A DNA stretch of 64,000 bases from Squalus acanthias (Eukaryota), in the NCBI GenBank assembly GCA_030390025.1, contig CM059432.1, forward strand, positions 104,410,001 through 104,474,000, in the 5' to 3' direction. The position numbers and the translations under genes are program-made. The notes under the pieces are model-generated. The model had not been told where the DNA came from, did no database searches, and worked only from the letters and a program-made list of their open reading frames with translations. Each line of letters begins with the position of its first letter. Positions within the stretch are counted from its first letter, which is position 1. Below are positions 50,800 to 64,000 of the stretch, piece after piece.

Positions 50800-52237
50800 T
50801 GTGAAGGAATAGCCATATTCAGAAAAATACACCATCCTATGAAAGAATTCTGACTTTATTAAACATGAAAAACTGGGCTTGGAAATCTGAAAGCCTCAAC
50901 AATGAAAAGCTGTAAACAGCATACAAGCTTTGGAGATAAGATAAGTTGTTGACACTGAAACAATAGCCCTATTGAAGCAGAGGGTTAAAGCTTCCAGAAT
51001 GTCTGCAGCTTGGGAAAGAGCACAATGGAATCACCAGTTAAAGTGTCTTAAACCAACACTTCGAAATGAAACACAGAACATTAAAGAAACATATGCCTTC
51101 GTAACTATGACATCAAGTAAAAGGAACACCTGCCGTCAAATCGTTTTTATGTTAAACTTAGAAGACGGAGACAAGAGTCTGTGGTACAACCAATTGAGGT
51201 AGCTAAGAAGACAATGAGATACCCGGTTGAGGTGTTTTTAATTTACATGTTGTAAAAAGATACAAACAGAAGACTTTCATAAATATGACATCAATAGATG
51301 CAACAGTCATCACATTGTTTTTGTGTTGAACTTGGAACACCTAGGAGACACGAAGTCTGCTTGCAACCAGCTGAGGTGACTTAAGAAATAAACAGGAGAC
51401 TTTGATAAGAATGACATCAAATAGATACATCTGTTACAACCGTTTTTTATGATGAACTTGAAACACCTAAAGGAGAGATATTAGTCTGAAAGCTACAAGC
51501 TGAACTAACTGTAAGAATAGAAGGGGTCAACAGAAAAATGACTAGAGATAATTAACTTACATCAGCAGAAAAACTTCAAAGGATATACCACTGAGAAAGA
51601 GTATAAATATAGAACTTTCAAATAGGAAGACAGAATTCGCTGGAAGGGGCAAAGCGGTTCTCAGACTTCAGAGGCAAGCTCTGTAAGTTTTCAACTCTTT
51701 AAGACTCGGGTATCAAAGGTATTTGATTTTGGTGGATATTCTGGAATAGACTAAGAACTGTAAAAATGTAACGAAGTTAAGATTTGAGAATAAGGATCTC
51801 TGATAAAAGAATTGTAAGCTTTTGTATTTTGAACTGTTAAAGTTTCGACTGAATCACCAACTGTAATTACATGACGGTTCTTTAATAAATCTATATTTTT
51901 TTAGAATTGTCTCAAATAGTACTTCTGTATCAAACTCGCGAACTCAATCTCTGTACACTCTTTGGTGAGGAGTTGCAGAATTCTGGGGGAGTTTTCTGGA
52001 CCCTCATAATATCCAGAACGTTACAGTCTAGCTAAACTTATTAAAAGTGCTATCTGGAGGACGGTAACATCTTCAGGTTGTTCCTTTCCTTTAGGGAGAG
52101 ATAGTCTAGACCTTTAGACCCAATTAAGCGTCTTTAGGATCCGGCTACCTCTAACTTTAGTTGAAGGTGAACGTCTGGGGAGTACGCCTGAACCAGGGTA
52201 GCCCGAAAAGGGCTAGGACTAGTAATTATCCCATTCA
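50800..52237 (+). repeat. LTR 3 (3')
   Basis: TGTGAAGG...CCCATTCA after the polypurine tract; AATAAA at 51884; not followed by a PBS. Confidence 0.93.
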
Positions 52238-52632
52238 ATCCGGGATCGAATCATCCGCCTGCGGTACAAGTGAACACAACCCCAATTCCCCTTTCACCAT
52301 TTGTCCCACACCTCTGTTACTGACCATCACAGCATCCTCTTGGCCACAATGCTGAAATAAAAGCCACCACAAAGCAAACTTCCCAATGCAACTTTATCCC
52401 TATATGCATCCAATATTACATCAAAAAATCAACTAATCGCCCTTGTGCATTCCCTTAGTGACTGTCTTCAGTGTGCCTTAGCCTGTCGTACTGCTCCTAC
52501 AAAGTGCTACCCCAGTGGCTGCAGCATGGCTGGTGGAAAGCTGCTGACTTTCAGTGGGGTACACTACAGATGGCCTTGCAGGACAACTCGAGGAACTCTG
52601 GGCCTAGCAGGCCCAGCTTCAGGCTGCACCAC

Positions 52633-54137
52633 TGTAGAATTCGCAATATATCGCGATTTTATTAATAATGAGAAAACACAGAGTTTCGTTCAAACAGCTT
52701 TTATTTCAGCAGAATGCTGCCAGGTTTAAAGTGGACACAAGCAGCCTGTAAAATGGCCGCCGCACCTCGTGACAGAACATTCTAGACTTTTCAACAGGCA
52801 GACAAGATGACGTTCCAATAAACATTTGTGTAAGATCGATTAAGATTCAGCACAGTGAAGATAATACACGAGACATTATGGGTTTGCAGTATACACATAA
52901 ATACTGAAATCGGTCTCCCAGGTACAAATGAAAGCTATTGTACCGAGTAATCAAGGGCCCATCCAAAAGACATTAATATGTAAAATCCCAACGACTCTAC
53001 GATGAGAGAGCCGTTAGCAGGTAGTTATACAAAACACTTGGAAGCCCCACAACCCCTCCAGGGAGAACACCGACCGATTTAACAATGGGAGAAATATTAA
53101 CAGGTACTCAGACATTTACGAGTAGCCCCGAAACCCATTAAGAACGGAGATCACCCATACAAGACATTTGAGCGCCAGACCCTAAACAAAAGAATGGACA
53201 TTATAGTTGGGCGGGAAACGGAAGATTTTGCACTATAATTGCAGGCTCCAAACCGTCCATCTTTCTCTTATCATCGTGGCTGCTCCTGTGCTCTTGTTTC
53301 GTAACCTCGTGGCTGCTCCTGTGTACTCGTAGTTGGGCTCCTGCTTGCCTGTTGCCTCTTTGAAAAGGACTGTTGAACTTTCTGATCCGTTCGGATCTAC
53401 CTCGTGTCGCGTAACGAAGACCTATGTTGGTAACTGGCAGCGGAGCCTAAGGCCCGAGATGAGATGAGATGAGATGAGAAGAGAGGAAGACCATATCCAT
53501 CGCCACGGTCAGTAAATCCCGACCGCGCCTGTAGGTCGATTAGCCAAGTTTTCCTTGCCAGGAAGACTTCTCCGAACTTGCAAAGAAACATATCGTATCG
53601 ATGATATTGACAACTGTGCTCGAAAAGTACCTGTTAAACCAACCAACACAGGTCTTCATCACAGCAGACGGTCCAGCCTGCTAGCCGGAGCAGCAGAAGC
53701 AAGTAAACAAGTGGGACCAGGAGATCTCCTGACCGACACGTGGGTGCTGCGGTGAAAAACATCCGATCAGCTATTCGGAATTTCTCCGAGTTATCACGAG
53801 TGGTGAGCATGAGTCTCGAAATCCTACGAATCTAGTTTAGGATAGATATTGATAGGGGAGGGTTTAAGGATTAAGGATATTTGTAATGTGTGCCCCTATT
53901 TACTATGTGCCGTTCGTTCCTCGTTTCCCTAAGATCGACTATATAACTGCTTGTAAGATTGTACTGTCATTAATCTGTGCTTATGACATGTATTTCATAA
54001 TTTTAAGTATCATGCAATAAAGATTTTCCATTTCGTACCATTCAAACCGAGTCTACATGAGTTTCATCTCCATTACTGCTCTCGCATCTAAGTCCAGTGT
54101 CTAGAACCGTAAGGGCGAGTGATTCGAACCACTCACA
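52633..54137 (+). mobile_element. Probable solo LTR of an unrelated LTR element
   Basis: A 1.5-kb block beginning TGTA and ending CACA, interrupting Harbinger sequence, with AATAAA at 54016 and no ORF. No TSD recognised. Confidence 0.45.
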
Positions 54138-55919
54138 GGTGTGTCTGGTGTTCCCAGACTGGCTGGAGACCAGAACAGGTAACAAGGCCTAGACCCGCAC
54201 TGACATACAGGCTGCACAGAGCCGCGTGAATCTCACAGGCTGCGAGACACGCAGGGTCAGAATCCCTTACACCATCTCGGCATGGCCGGCAGCAGTCTGG
54301 GCTGGCTGAGAGTGTGAAATTAAGTGACAGTGTTTCTACTTCTTCTTCTTCTCCTCCTCCTCCTCCTCCTCCTCCTTCTTCTTCTTCTTCTTCTTCTTCT
54401 TCTCTCTCCTCTCGGCTGGATGTCTTGGGTGTCTGAAATGAGAAAGGCACAAGGGTAGGCTTGTGGTGAGGGAGGGGGTACATGCGTACACCATGTGGAG
54501 ATTGTAAATCAGCGGAGATTGTGGGATGAGGGGGAAGCGAGATGTGAGAAGGAGGATAAAGTATGAGGATACCGGCATCCTCTATTCTTACAGCCCCTTT
54601 GCTCGCCGCGGGCTCAGCCATGCCCCACCAAGAATGGCCAGCACCGTCTCCACCAAGGGGGTGATGCAGGCGAGCCTGTCTCCCACCGGTTAAGATGTGC
54701 TGGCACCGGTTATGCACCACCTTTTCCTGCAAGAGAAAGGGTTATGTGTCAGTGAATGTGGTGTAATGTATTTGGGTGATGTGGCTGTCATGGTTCAAAC
54801 TGACAGTGTGTTCAAACTGTGAAATTTGGGTGTGAGGCTTGCAGCATTGGTAAGTGTGTGAGGCTGAGGTGAAGCTAGGAATGTGAGGTGTGTCTCGTGT
54901 TTGGTAGAGATTGTTGGTAGGTGAGTGATGGGGGTTGTGCATTGAGCAGTGTGTGAGGCTAGTGGTGTAGTTGGTAGGAGACGGCTTTTGAAGATGCATT
55001 CACTGACCTTGACCACTGATCTGAGGTCAATAAACTTCTTTGAGCACTGGAGCCATGACCTGGGGGCAGCACTGGTCCTCTGGTCCCACATCCTTCTTAC
55101 AGTGTTCTTGGAGGGCTTCCTGGCCCCCATGGGTAGAGGTCCTTTCGTCGCGTGTTCACCCCCTGCACAAAGGCCTCGAGTGCAGTGTCCAAGACCCTGG
55201 GTTTTCTTTCCCTGGTCTGTTGAGCCATTTTGGTTTGTGCTAAAGCTGCTTTACCATTTTTGATCACCAGAAGGGAGAACACCTTTAAGAGGTGCAGACT
55301 GCCTTTAGGAGGCCCAGGCTAGCTTTAAGTAAAGTTGACATCGCGCGAACATTGCAAACTTCGGCCTCCTGCTGAACGCACAGCCTTGCAGCAGCATGTT
55401 CAGGGCTGAGCTGTGTGCTACAATCTGTGCGCTACGAATTATACCTGCTGCCTGAACTCCTTTCAACGGGCACGGGCAGATCATGCATCGCGATCCCCGC
55501 ACCCGTTTTTAGGCCTAATCGAATTTCACTCCCAGCACGTTTTATTAATTCATTGAAAATATTTTAAGTTGCACTGTAGAACTGATATATCAGCCTGGGA
55601 TCCCTGTGCAATCCAGCCCGAAATCAGGAGCCGAGGCTTATCGCTGCCTCCCCACCCGAGCTCCATTTCCCTTTCCCTGCCCCCGCTTTGTCCACCACCA
55701 TCTATGCACTTTCCACCCACTGCAAAAATTGAAGCAATTTTCATCTCCATGGCTCTTCCGCCTTTTTAAAAGCTGCAGTAGAGGTCTTCTGGTGGTGCAG
55801 CTGTGTCCCTGCTGCAACACCACACAATTTCCCTCTGTTTCAGTGGCAGGCTTCCTATTGCTGGTGGGAATCCCACTGGGAGCTAACCGTGCATGTCTAA
55901 TTAACCTTTTCCTGGGAAA

Positions 55920-56341
55920 ATAGAAACATAGAATCTAGGAGCAGGAGTAGGCCATTCGGCCCGTCGAGCCTGCTCCACCATTCAATACGATCATGGCTGA
56001 TCATCCAAATCCAGTACCCTGTCCCTGCTTTAATCCCCACAGTACACATATCCCACCCTACCCCCGCAACCCCACGTATTTAATTCCCCCTAACATATCC
56101 CATCCTATCCCCATAACCCCACATATTTAATCCCCCCCTAACACTAAGGGTCAATTTATCATAGCCAAATCAACCTAACCCGCACATTTTTGGACTGTGG
56201 GAGGAAACCGTAGCACCCGGAGGAAACCCACGCAGACACGGGGAGAATGTGCAAACTCCACACAGACAGTCACCCGAGGTCAGATTCGAACCCGGGTCCC
56301 TGGCGCTGTGAGGCACCAGTGCTAACCACTATGCCACCGTG
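55920..56341 (-). mobile_element. Second HE1/V-SINE-like copy
   Basis: Near-identical to 5223-5652. Confidence 0.87.
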
Positions 56342-56399
56342 GGACTGGGTTAGGTGGAATCAGATGCGTGAGTGGAAATCCTGCCCCGCCACTACCCTG

Positions 56400-56601
56400 C
56401 TAGAAAGAGGGAAATCCTGGCTGTCACATCCAATGTTGCCCCTACTTTTTTTTTGGTTGTGTGGCCCCTTTAAGGGGCTGTGCGGCTCATTCATAGTTTT
56501 GCGCATGCGAGAAATTTAACATTGGAAAAGCCCCTTCCTCTTCCTTCTCCTCCTCTGCCTCCTCCTCTCCCTCCTCCTCCTCCTCCTCCTCTTCCTCCAC
56601 C

Positions 56602-56636
<35 letters not shown>

Positions 56637-58158
56637 CTGAGGTGGTTCTGCAATCCCTGGTGGTAAGGGCTGCGCCCTCATGATGGCCAAGTTGTGAAAT
56701 ATGCAGCAGACCACCACGAAATGGGACACCTGCTCCAGCGAGTACTGGAGGGCTCCTCCCAAGCGGTCAAGGCAGCAGAACCATTGCTTCAGCACACCGA
56801 TGGTCTGCTCGATGATGTTCCTGGCGGCAGCATGGCTGTCATTATATGAATGCTGGGCACAAGGGTGGGGTTGTGGAGGGGAATCATCAGCCAGGTGCAG
56901 AGCGGATAGCCCTTGTTTCCAAGCAGCCATCCTCGGGTTTGACGTGGTTGCTGGAAGATTACTGGCACACCAGACTGGCGCAGGATGAAGGCATCATGAC
57001 TCCTGCTAGGATAGCGGGCATTCACCATCATGATGCGCTGGGCACAACAACTGCACATTAAGTGAGTGGTAGCCTTTGCGGTTACAGAACATCTCAGGAT
57101 TGGTATGCGATGCCTGCAAAGCCACGTCGGTGCAGCCGATGGTGCCCTGCACCATGGGGAAGCCCGATATCCTGCCAAAGCCACATGCACGCTCGTCCTG
57201 CTTCTCTCTTTTCCGGGAGAAGACAATGAAGTCCCTTCTCCTGAAGTAGAGAGCCTCAGTGACCTCCCGGATGGCGAACTGGGAGATGTTAGCTATGTCT
57301 TCTGCTGCAGACTGGAAGGATCCGCTGGCGAAGAAATTGAGGGCCACGGATACCTTGACTGCCACTGGGAGAGCCGTGGTCGCCCTGCTCTCAGGCTGCA
57401 GGTCTGGTTGCAGGAGGGGGCAGAATTCTGTGACCTCCTCCTTGGTGAAGCAAAGCCTCCTGATATACTGCTCCTCACTTAAGTGAAGGTAGGAGAAGTG
57501 CTCCCGGAAGACCCTAGGTGGGTAAGGCCTCCTGTTGAGAGCCCTCCTGGCCCTCCTCCTCTCCCTCTGCGAGCATCTTCTCCTCTTCTTCACTGCCTCC
57601 ATTCCCTCTCCCGAAGATACTCGAGCGTGAAGTGGACTGCAAGTAGAACCCCTATGAATGTGAGTAAGTGGTGTGAGCAGAAGCCTTTAAATGAGAATGT
57701 AGGAGTTCTCCACTTGCACCAACACTCCCTGTCACCTCAGGTACTTGAAACAAGTTTAGAAAGCTGCAAGAGTTGCACAAAGTTACACAGAGCCAATCAA
57801 ACTGAGAAACCATGTCAGCTGCAAGTTGTTGATGATGATCCCTTTAAATAGCGCTGCTGGGGGCTCCTTCCTGCTGTTGAATGCTTGGTCAGCTGGTCGT
57901 GATTAAGAGAGGGAAGTAAGTAGATCGGTGATGGTGAAAATGGCAGATTGCGCTTCAAGTGAGTGTTGCACACACATTGACATCACAATCTGCCTCATGT
58001 TAATTTCTGCAGTGAGCGCAGGCAACGGCAACACTGCCGACCTGCCCAAAATGGCAGCCGCCGCAGGAAACGCTGGAAGCGGGCAGAAGCGAGGGGCTGC
58101 CATTTTTTCTTCAAAACGGGCCTTAACGGCCGCCGCTAAATGCCCGAACTTCTAGGCA
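56400..58158 (-). mobile_element. Harbinger transposase-bearing fragment
   Basis: Motifs RRPYPPRVFREH, FFASGSFQ, GFPMVQGTIGCTDV, NRKGYHSLNVQL and IEQTIGVLKQWFCCL, with a poly-Glu tail. Terminus gaacttctaggc at about 58157. Confidence 0.85.
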
Positions 58159-58327
58159 CTAGACTTTCAAACAGGCTAGTCTTATTAGCACCGCACCCAT
58201 TTAGTGCCTGTTTTCACCCTTTAGCCAAAATAACCCCCTACAAGTTTAGCATTGGTGCAAAGTCATTTGGGAATCACACCAACACTAAACTTGTGGAATG
58301 CAAATCAGGGGGTCAAGGCCCAAACTG

Positions 58328-61300
58328 ACATAGAAACATAGAAGATAGGAGCAGGAGTAGGCCATTCAGCCCCTCGAGCCTGCTCCGCCATTCAATGAGA
58401 TCTTGGCTGATCATCCAAATTCAGTACCCTGTCCCTGCCTTCTCCCCATATCCCTTGATCCCTTTAGCTTTAAGAAATATATCTAACTCCTTCTTGAATA
58501 TATTTAATGAATTGGCCTCTACTGCCTTCTGTGGTAGAGAATTCCATGGGTTCACCACTCTCTGGGTGAAGAAATTCCTCCTCATCTCAGTCCTAAATGG
58601 CTTACCCCTTATCCTTAGACTGTGGCCCCTGGTTCTGGACTTCCCAGCCATCGGGAACATCCTTCCTGCATCTAGTCTGTCTAGTCCTGTTAGAATTTTA
58701 TAAGTTTCAATGAGATCCCCTCTCATTCTTCTAAACTCCAGCGAGTATAAGCCCAATCGACCCAATCTCTCCTCATACGTCATTCCTGCCATCCCAGGTA
58801 TCAGCCTGGTGAATCTTCGCTGCACTCCCTCCATGGCAAGAACATCCTTTCTCAGATAAGGCGACCAAAACTGCACACAATACTCAAGATGTGGTCTCAC
58901 CAAGGCCCTGTACAACTGCAGCAAGACATCCTTGTTCCTGTACTCAAACCCTTTCGCTACGAAGGCCAACATACCATTTGCCTTCTTAACCGCCTGCTGC
59001 ACCTGCATGCTTACTTTCAGCGACTGGTGCACAAGGACACCCAGGTCTCGTTGCAGTTCCCCTTCTCCCAATCTATTGCCATTCAGATAATAATCTGCCT
59101 TCCTGTTTTTGACACCAAAGTGGATAACCTCGCATTTATCCACATTATATTGCATCTGCCATGCTTCTGCCCAATCACCCAACCTGTCCAAATCATACTG
59201 GAGTTTCTCGGCATCCTCCTCATGGCACACACTCCCACCCAGCTTTGTGTCGTCTGCAAACTTGGAGATATTACATCCAATTCCCTCGTCTAGATCATTA
59301 ATATATATTGTGAATAGCTGGGGTCCTAGCACCGATCCCTGCGGTACCCCACTAGTCACTGCCTGCTACTCGGAAAAAGACCCCTTTATTCCAACTCTTT
59401 GCTTTCTGTCTGCCAACCAGTTCTCTATCCAAGTCAATACCTTGCCCCCAATCCCATGTGCCTTAACTTTACTCGCTAATCTCTTATGCGGGACCTTATC
59501 GAAAACCTTCTGAAAGTCCAAATACACCACATCCACTGGTTCTCCCTTATCTATTTTACCAGTTACATCCTCAAAAAATTCCAATAGATTAGTCAAGCAC
59601 GATTTACCTTTTGTAAATCCATGTTGACTTTGTCTGATCCTGTCACTGTTTTCCAAGTGCTCTGCTATTACATCTTTTATAATAGACTCTAGCATTTTCC
59701 CCACTACCAATGTCAGGCTTACCGGTCTATAATTCCCCGTTTTCTCTCTCCCACCTTTTTTGAATAGTGGGGTAACATTAGCTACCCTCCAATCCATGGG
59801 TACTGTTCCAGAGTCTATAGAATTTTGGAAGATGACCAGCAATGCATCTACTATTTCTAGGGCCACTTGCTTAAGTACCCTAGGATGTAGATTATCAGGC
59901 CCTGGGGATTTATCGGCTTTCAATCCTGTCAATTTCCCTAACACTATTTCCCTACAAATACTGATTTCTTTCAGTTCCTCCCTCTCATTAGACCATATGT
60001 TCCCCGACATCTCTGGGAGGTTATTTGTGTCCTCCTTTGTGAAGACAGAACCAAAGAATGTATTTAATTGGTCTGCCAATTCTTTGTTCCCCATTATAAA
60101 TTCCCCTGATTCTGACTGCAAGGGACCTACGCTTGACTTCACCAATCTTTTTCTCTTCACATATCCAGAAAAGCTTTTACAGTCAGTTTTTATGTTCCCT
60201 GCAAGCTTACTCTCGTATTCTATTTCCCCCCTCTTAATTAATCCCTTTGTCCTTCTTTGCTGAATCCTATACTGCTCCCAATCCTCAGGTTTTCTGCTTT
60301 TTCTGGCCAATTCATATGTCCTCTCCTTGGATCTTATGCTATCCCTAATTTCCTTTGTTAGCCACGGTTGAGTCACCTTTTTTGTTTTATTTTTATGCCA
60401 AACTGGGATGAACAAATTCTGTAGTTCATTCATGCGATCTTTGAATGTTTGTCATTGCCTATCCACCGTCAACCCTTTGAGTGACATTCCCCAATCAATC
60501 CTACCCAACTCGCACCTCATACCATCGTAGTTTCCTTTATTTAAATTCAGGACCCTAGTCTCTGAGTCAGCTACTTCATTCTCCATCTTAATGAAGAATT
60601 CTATCATATTATGATCGCTCCGACCCAAGGGGCCTCGCACAACAAGATTGCTAATTAATCCTTTCTCATTACATAATACCCAGTCTAAGATGGCCTGATC
60701 TCTAGTTGGTTCCTCGACATATTGGTCCAGGAAACCATCCCGTATACACTCCAGGAATTCCTCCTCCACAGTATTGTTACTAATTTGGTTAGCCCAATCT
60801 ATATGTAGATTAAAGTCACCCATGATAACTGCTGTGCTCTTATTGCACACTTCTCTAATTTCCCATTTAATGCCATCCCCAACCTCCGTTTTACTGTTTG
60901 GGGGTCTATACACCACTCCCACTAACGTTTTCTGCCCCTTGGTATTTCTCAGTTCTACCCATACAGATTCCACATCATCAGAGCTAATATCCTTCCTTAC
61001 AATTGTGTTAATCCCCTCTTTAACCAGCAACGCTACCCCACCTCCTTTTCCTTTTTTGCCTATCTTTCCTGAATATTGAATACCCCTGTATGTTGAGTTC
61101 CCAGCCTTGGTCACCCTGGAGCCATGTTTCCGTAATCCCAATCATATCATATTCATTTACCTCTATTTGCGCAGCTAATTCATCCACCTCATTACGAATG
61201 CTTCTCGCATTAAGACACAAAGCCTTCAGGCTTGTTTTTTTAACGCTCTTAGACCTTTTAGAATTATTATTTACTGTGGCCACGTTTGATTTAAACCCTT

Positions 61301-62700
61301 GATTTCTCTGACTGACACCTTTGTTTTTTTCCTTCCTGACTTTTGCTTCTATCCTTGTTTCACTTTCCTCTGTCTCCCTGCTCAGGTTCCCAACCCCCTG
61401 CCATTTTAGTTTAAACTCTCCCCCAGAGCACTAGCAAACACTCCCCCAAGGACATCGGTCCCGGTCCTGCCCAGGTGCAAACCGTCCGATTTGTACTGGT
61501 CCCACCTCCCCCAGAACCGGTTCCAATGTCCCAGGAATTTGAATCCCTCCCCCTTGCACCATTCCTCTAGCCACGTATTCATCTGAAATATCCTTCTATT
61601 TCTACTCTGACTAGCACGTGGCACTGGTAGCAATCCTGAGATTACTACCTTTGAGGTCCTATTTTTTAATTTACCTCCTAACTCCCTATATTCAGCTTTT
61701 AGGACCTCATCCCCTTTTTTACCTATATCGTTGGTACCTATATGCACCACGACAACTGGCTGTTCACCCTCCCCTTCCAAAATATTCTGCAGCCGCTCTG
61801 AGACATCCTTGACCCTTGCACCAGGGAGGCAACACACCATCCTGGAGTCTCGTTTGCGGCCGCAGAAACGCCTATCTATTCCCCTTACAATAGAATCCCC
61901 TATCACTATAGCTCGACCCCTCTTTATCCTCCCGTCCTGTGCAGCAGAACGACCCCTGGTGCCAGGAAGTTGCCTGCTGCTGCCTTCCCCAGATAAGCCA
62001 TCCCCCTCAACAGTATCCAAAGCGGTATATCTGTTTGAGAAGGGGATGTCCACAGGGGACTCCTGCACTACCTGCCTACGCCTACTACTTTGCCTGGTGG
62101 TCACCCATTCCCTTTCTGCCTGTGCAACCTTTACCTGCGGTGTGACCAACTGGTTAAACGTGCTATCTATGAGGTCCTCAGCATCGCGACTGCTCCAGTA
62201 TGTATCCATTCGCAGCTCCAGCGCCACAATGCGGTCTGCCAGTAGCTGCAGCTGGATACACTTCCTGCACACATGGTCGTCAGGGACACAGGAAGTGTCC
62301 CCGATTTCTCACATAGCGCAGGAGGAGCATACCATGGTGCCGAGCTGTGTTGCCATGACTTACCCTTTAATTAATTGAACTTAAATTAAATCAAATCAAT
62401 CCCACTAATTATACTATAATTAAATGATATAGGGCCCTTGTTTACCAACTGTCCCTGCTACACCACAGAGAACCTAGAAACTATAAACCACAAAATTTAA
62501 GTTTGGAAAAAGCAGAAAAAGAGAAATACTAACCAACCAATAACTTACCTGCTTTCTGGTGAAGTCACCCTTTGATTATTTTTTACTTCTCTCTCTCCCG
62601 CTCTCGGGGCTCAGATTGGTAAGCCTACCTGGTCGCTGCCACCTTTTATTGCCGTCGCCTCACCGCTGTCGCTCCACCCAGGTCCGCCGCCTCTCTGAAG
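58328..62700 (-). mobile_element. Near full-length CR1 LINE (ORF1 esterase, ORF2 endonuclease-RT) with a few disabling mutations
   Basis: ORF1 at 61406-62356 has CSSC...CRKC, IGDSIVRG, HIGTND and DGLHL (SGNH esterase). ORF2 at about 58421-61283 has LNARSI, ITETW, GDFN, SDH and FADD. Ends in a (TTCTATGT)n tail. Confidence 0.95.
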
Positions 62701-62764
62701 TAAAGTGGAGCAAACCCATCTCTTCCAGTCTGGAGTCAGGTCGAGCACTGATTCTGGGATAAGG

Positions 62765-64000
62765 CTACTGTAATGGCAGCATTTGGTGCAAAGTGAAACT
62801 CCTTTTGAAATTGGGCTCAGTAGCGCCCGTTTTTTGGGCATGACGAGTGCCCTTAAGGCTCCAAAATGGCGTCCATGGTGCGAGCACACTTCTGAGGCGA
62901 AGTACGCCGGACGCCATCCTGGTAAAGGGGTTAGTGTGCGCACACTTAACGTCCACTGGGAGTATGCAGAGCAGGCAGATCATGACGTCAATCAGCGTGC
63001 AATGCTGATTTGACACCAGCGCTGCCATTTTGGAGCTCCACGCGCCAGCCAAAGGCCTCTCTTAACCTCGCATAACTGAGCACGCGTTAAGCAGCATGAA
63101 GGATGCCCCACCAACGCTATTTATAAAGATTATCAACTACTTCCAGGTTAGTTGCTGGCTCATTTCTCCTGGTTGTTGCTACAATTCTACACATTTTTCT
63201 TGCTTTCCACAGTCGTTTCAAGTTTCAAAAGTCTACAGGGATGGTGTGGCAGGCGCTGAAGTATTTTTTGCTGAATTCAAGGCTTCTGTATAAACCAGTT
63301 GCTCCAAGACATGGGTGCACGAGTAGGCCTTCCTCTTGGAATTGAGTATGACTGTGAGAATGAGCAGAGGCCATGCAGAGCAGGACAAGCTGCTAGAAGA
63401 GGGAGGAGGAGGAGTAAGAGGAGGACGAAAAAGAGGAGGAGGCAGAAGAGGTGGAAGAAGAAGGGCGGCTGCAACCTAGACAACCTTTTCTGCGCGGGCT
63501 GTACGTGAAGAACTAATTCAAGTGCAATAACCTCAACCCCAATTCCCCATTCACCAACAGTCCCACACTCCTTACCTTCCCTCAGTCACTGACCATCACA
63601 TCGTCCTCTTGGCCCCAATGCAAAAATAAAAGCCAACACAAAATACACATTCCAAACCAAATTTATACATTAAATCATGTCATATTGCATACAAACTTAA
63701 ACTAATCACCCTTGTGCATTCCCTTAGCATCTGTCTTCTTTGTGCCTTTGCCTGTCCTAGTTCTCCTACGAAGTGCTACCCCAGTGGCTGCAGCATGGAT
63801 GGTGGAAGGTTGCTGACTTTAAGTGGAGGAGACTACAGATGGCTTTGGAGGATGGCTTTGAGCAGCTCTGGGCCTAGAAGGCCTGGCTATAGAGTGCGCT
63901 ATCTCGGCATGGGCGGCAACAGTCAGGGCTGGCTAGCTGACAGGCAACAGCAAGGGCACTGGCTGAGTGGCAGGGGTGGGATCAAGAATGCTGTCTTCCT
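62765..64000. mobile_element. Internally deleted Harbinger-derived element running off the window
   Basis: Homologous to 37300-37862 plus 52238-52632, and to the reverse complement of 32950-33250. Confidence 0.7.

Larger units (their letters stand above)
37863..52237 (+). mobile_element. Endogenous foamy-like (spumavirus-related) retrovirus, tandem of two internal units with three LTRs
   Basis: Three TG...CA LTRs of 1437-1438 bp at a 6468-6469 bp period; PBS TGGCGCCCAACGTG; polypurine tract AAGAGGGG; flanks ATCT and ATCC form an imperfect 4-bp TSD; Gag and Pol show foamy-type similarity. Confidence 0.93.
37300..55533. mobile_element. Internally deleted Harbinger element split by two LTR-type insertions; pieces about 37300-37862, 52238-52632 and 54138-55533
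   Basis: The first two pieces are colinear with the uninterrupted copy at about 63000-63900. Myb-gene exons lie on the minus strand at 54420-55230 (MAQQTRERKPR, WLQCSKKFIDL, EKVVHNR). Terminus gaatttcactccc at 55533. Confidence 0.7.

Noticed and set aside
61406..62356. Host SGNH esterase/lipase gene
   Set aside because: It is CR1 ORF1, lying directly upstream of ORF2.

Overview
Repeat-rich vertebrate genomic DNA, most likely from a cartilaginous fish (inferred from HE1/V-SINE-type SINEs paired with CR1 LINEs). One host gene is visible: a two-exon AARD/FAM167-family gene at about 3.36-4.40 kb. The rest is mostly nested transposons: CR1, L2, RTE and Penelope-like retroelements, PIF/Harbinger DNA transposons with their Myb/SANT partner gene, and MITEs. 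The standout is a 14.4-kb endogenous foamy-like retrovirus (spumavirus-related) at 37863-52237, arranged as an LTR-internal-LTR-internal-LTR tandem. It has 1.44-kb LTRs, a tRNA-Lys1,2 primer-binding site, a foamy-type capsid Gag without a Cys-His box, and a foamy-type integrase. Both units share deletions of the RT catalytic palm, the whole RNase H domain and nearly all of env. Unlike mammalian foamy viruses, pol sits in the gag frame directly behind a single TGA followed by a hairpin, which suggests stop-codon readthrough. Family assignments come from my recollection of motifs and sequences, not from database searches.
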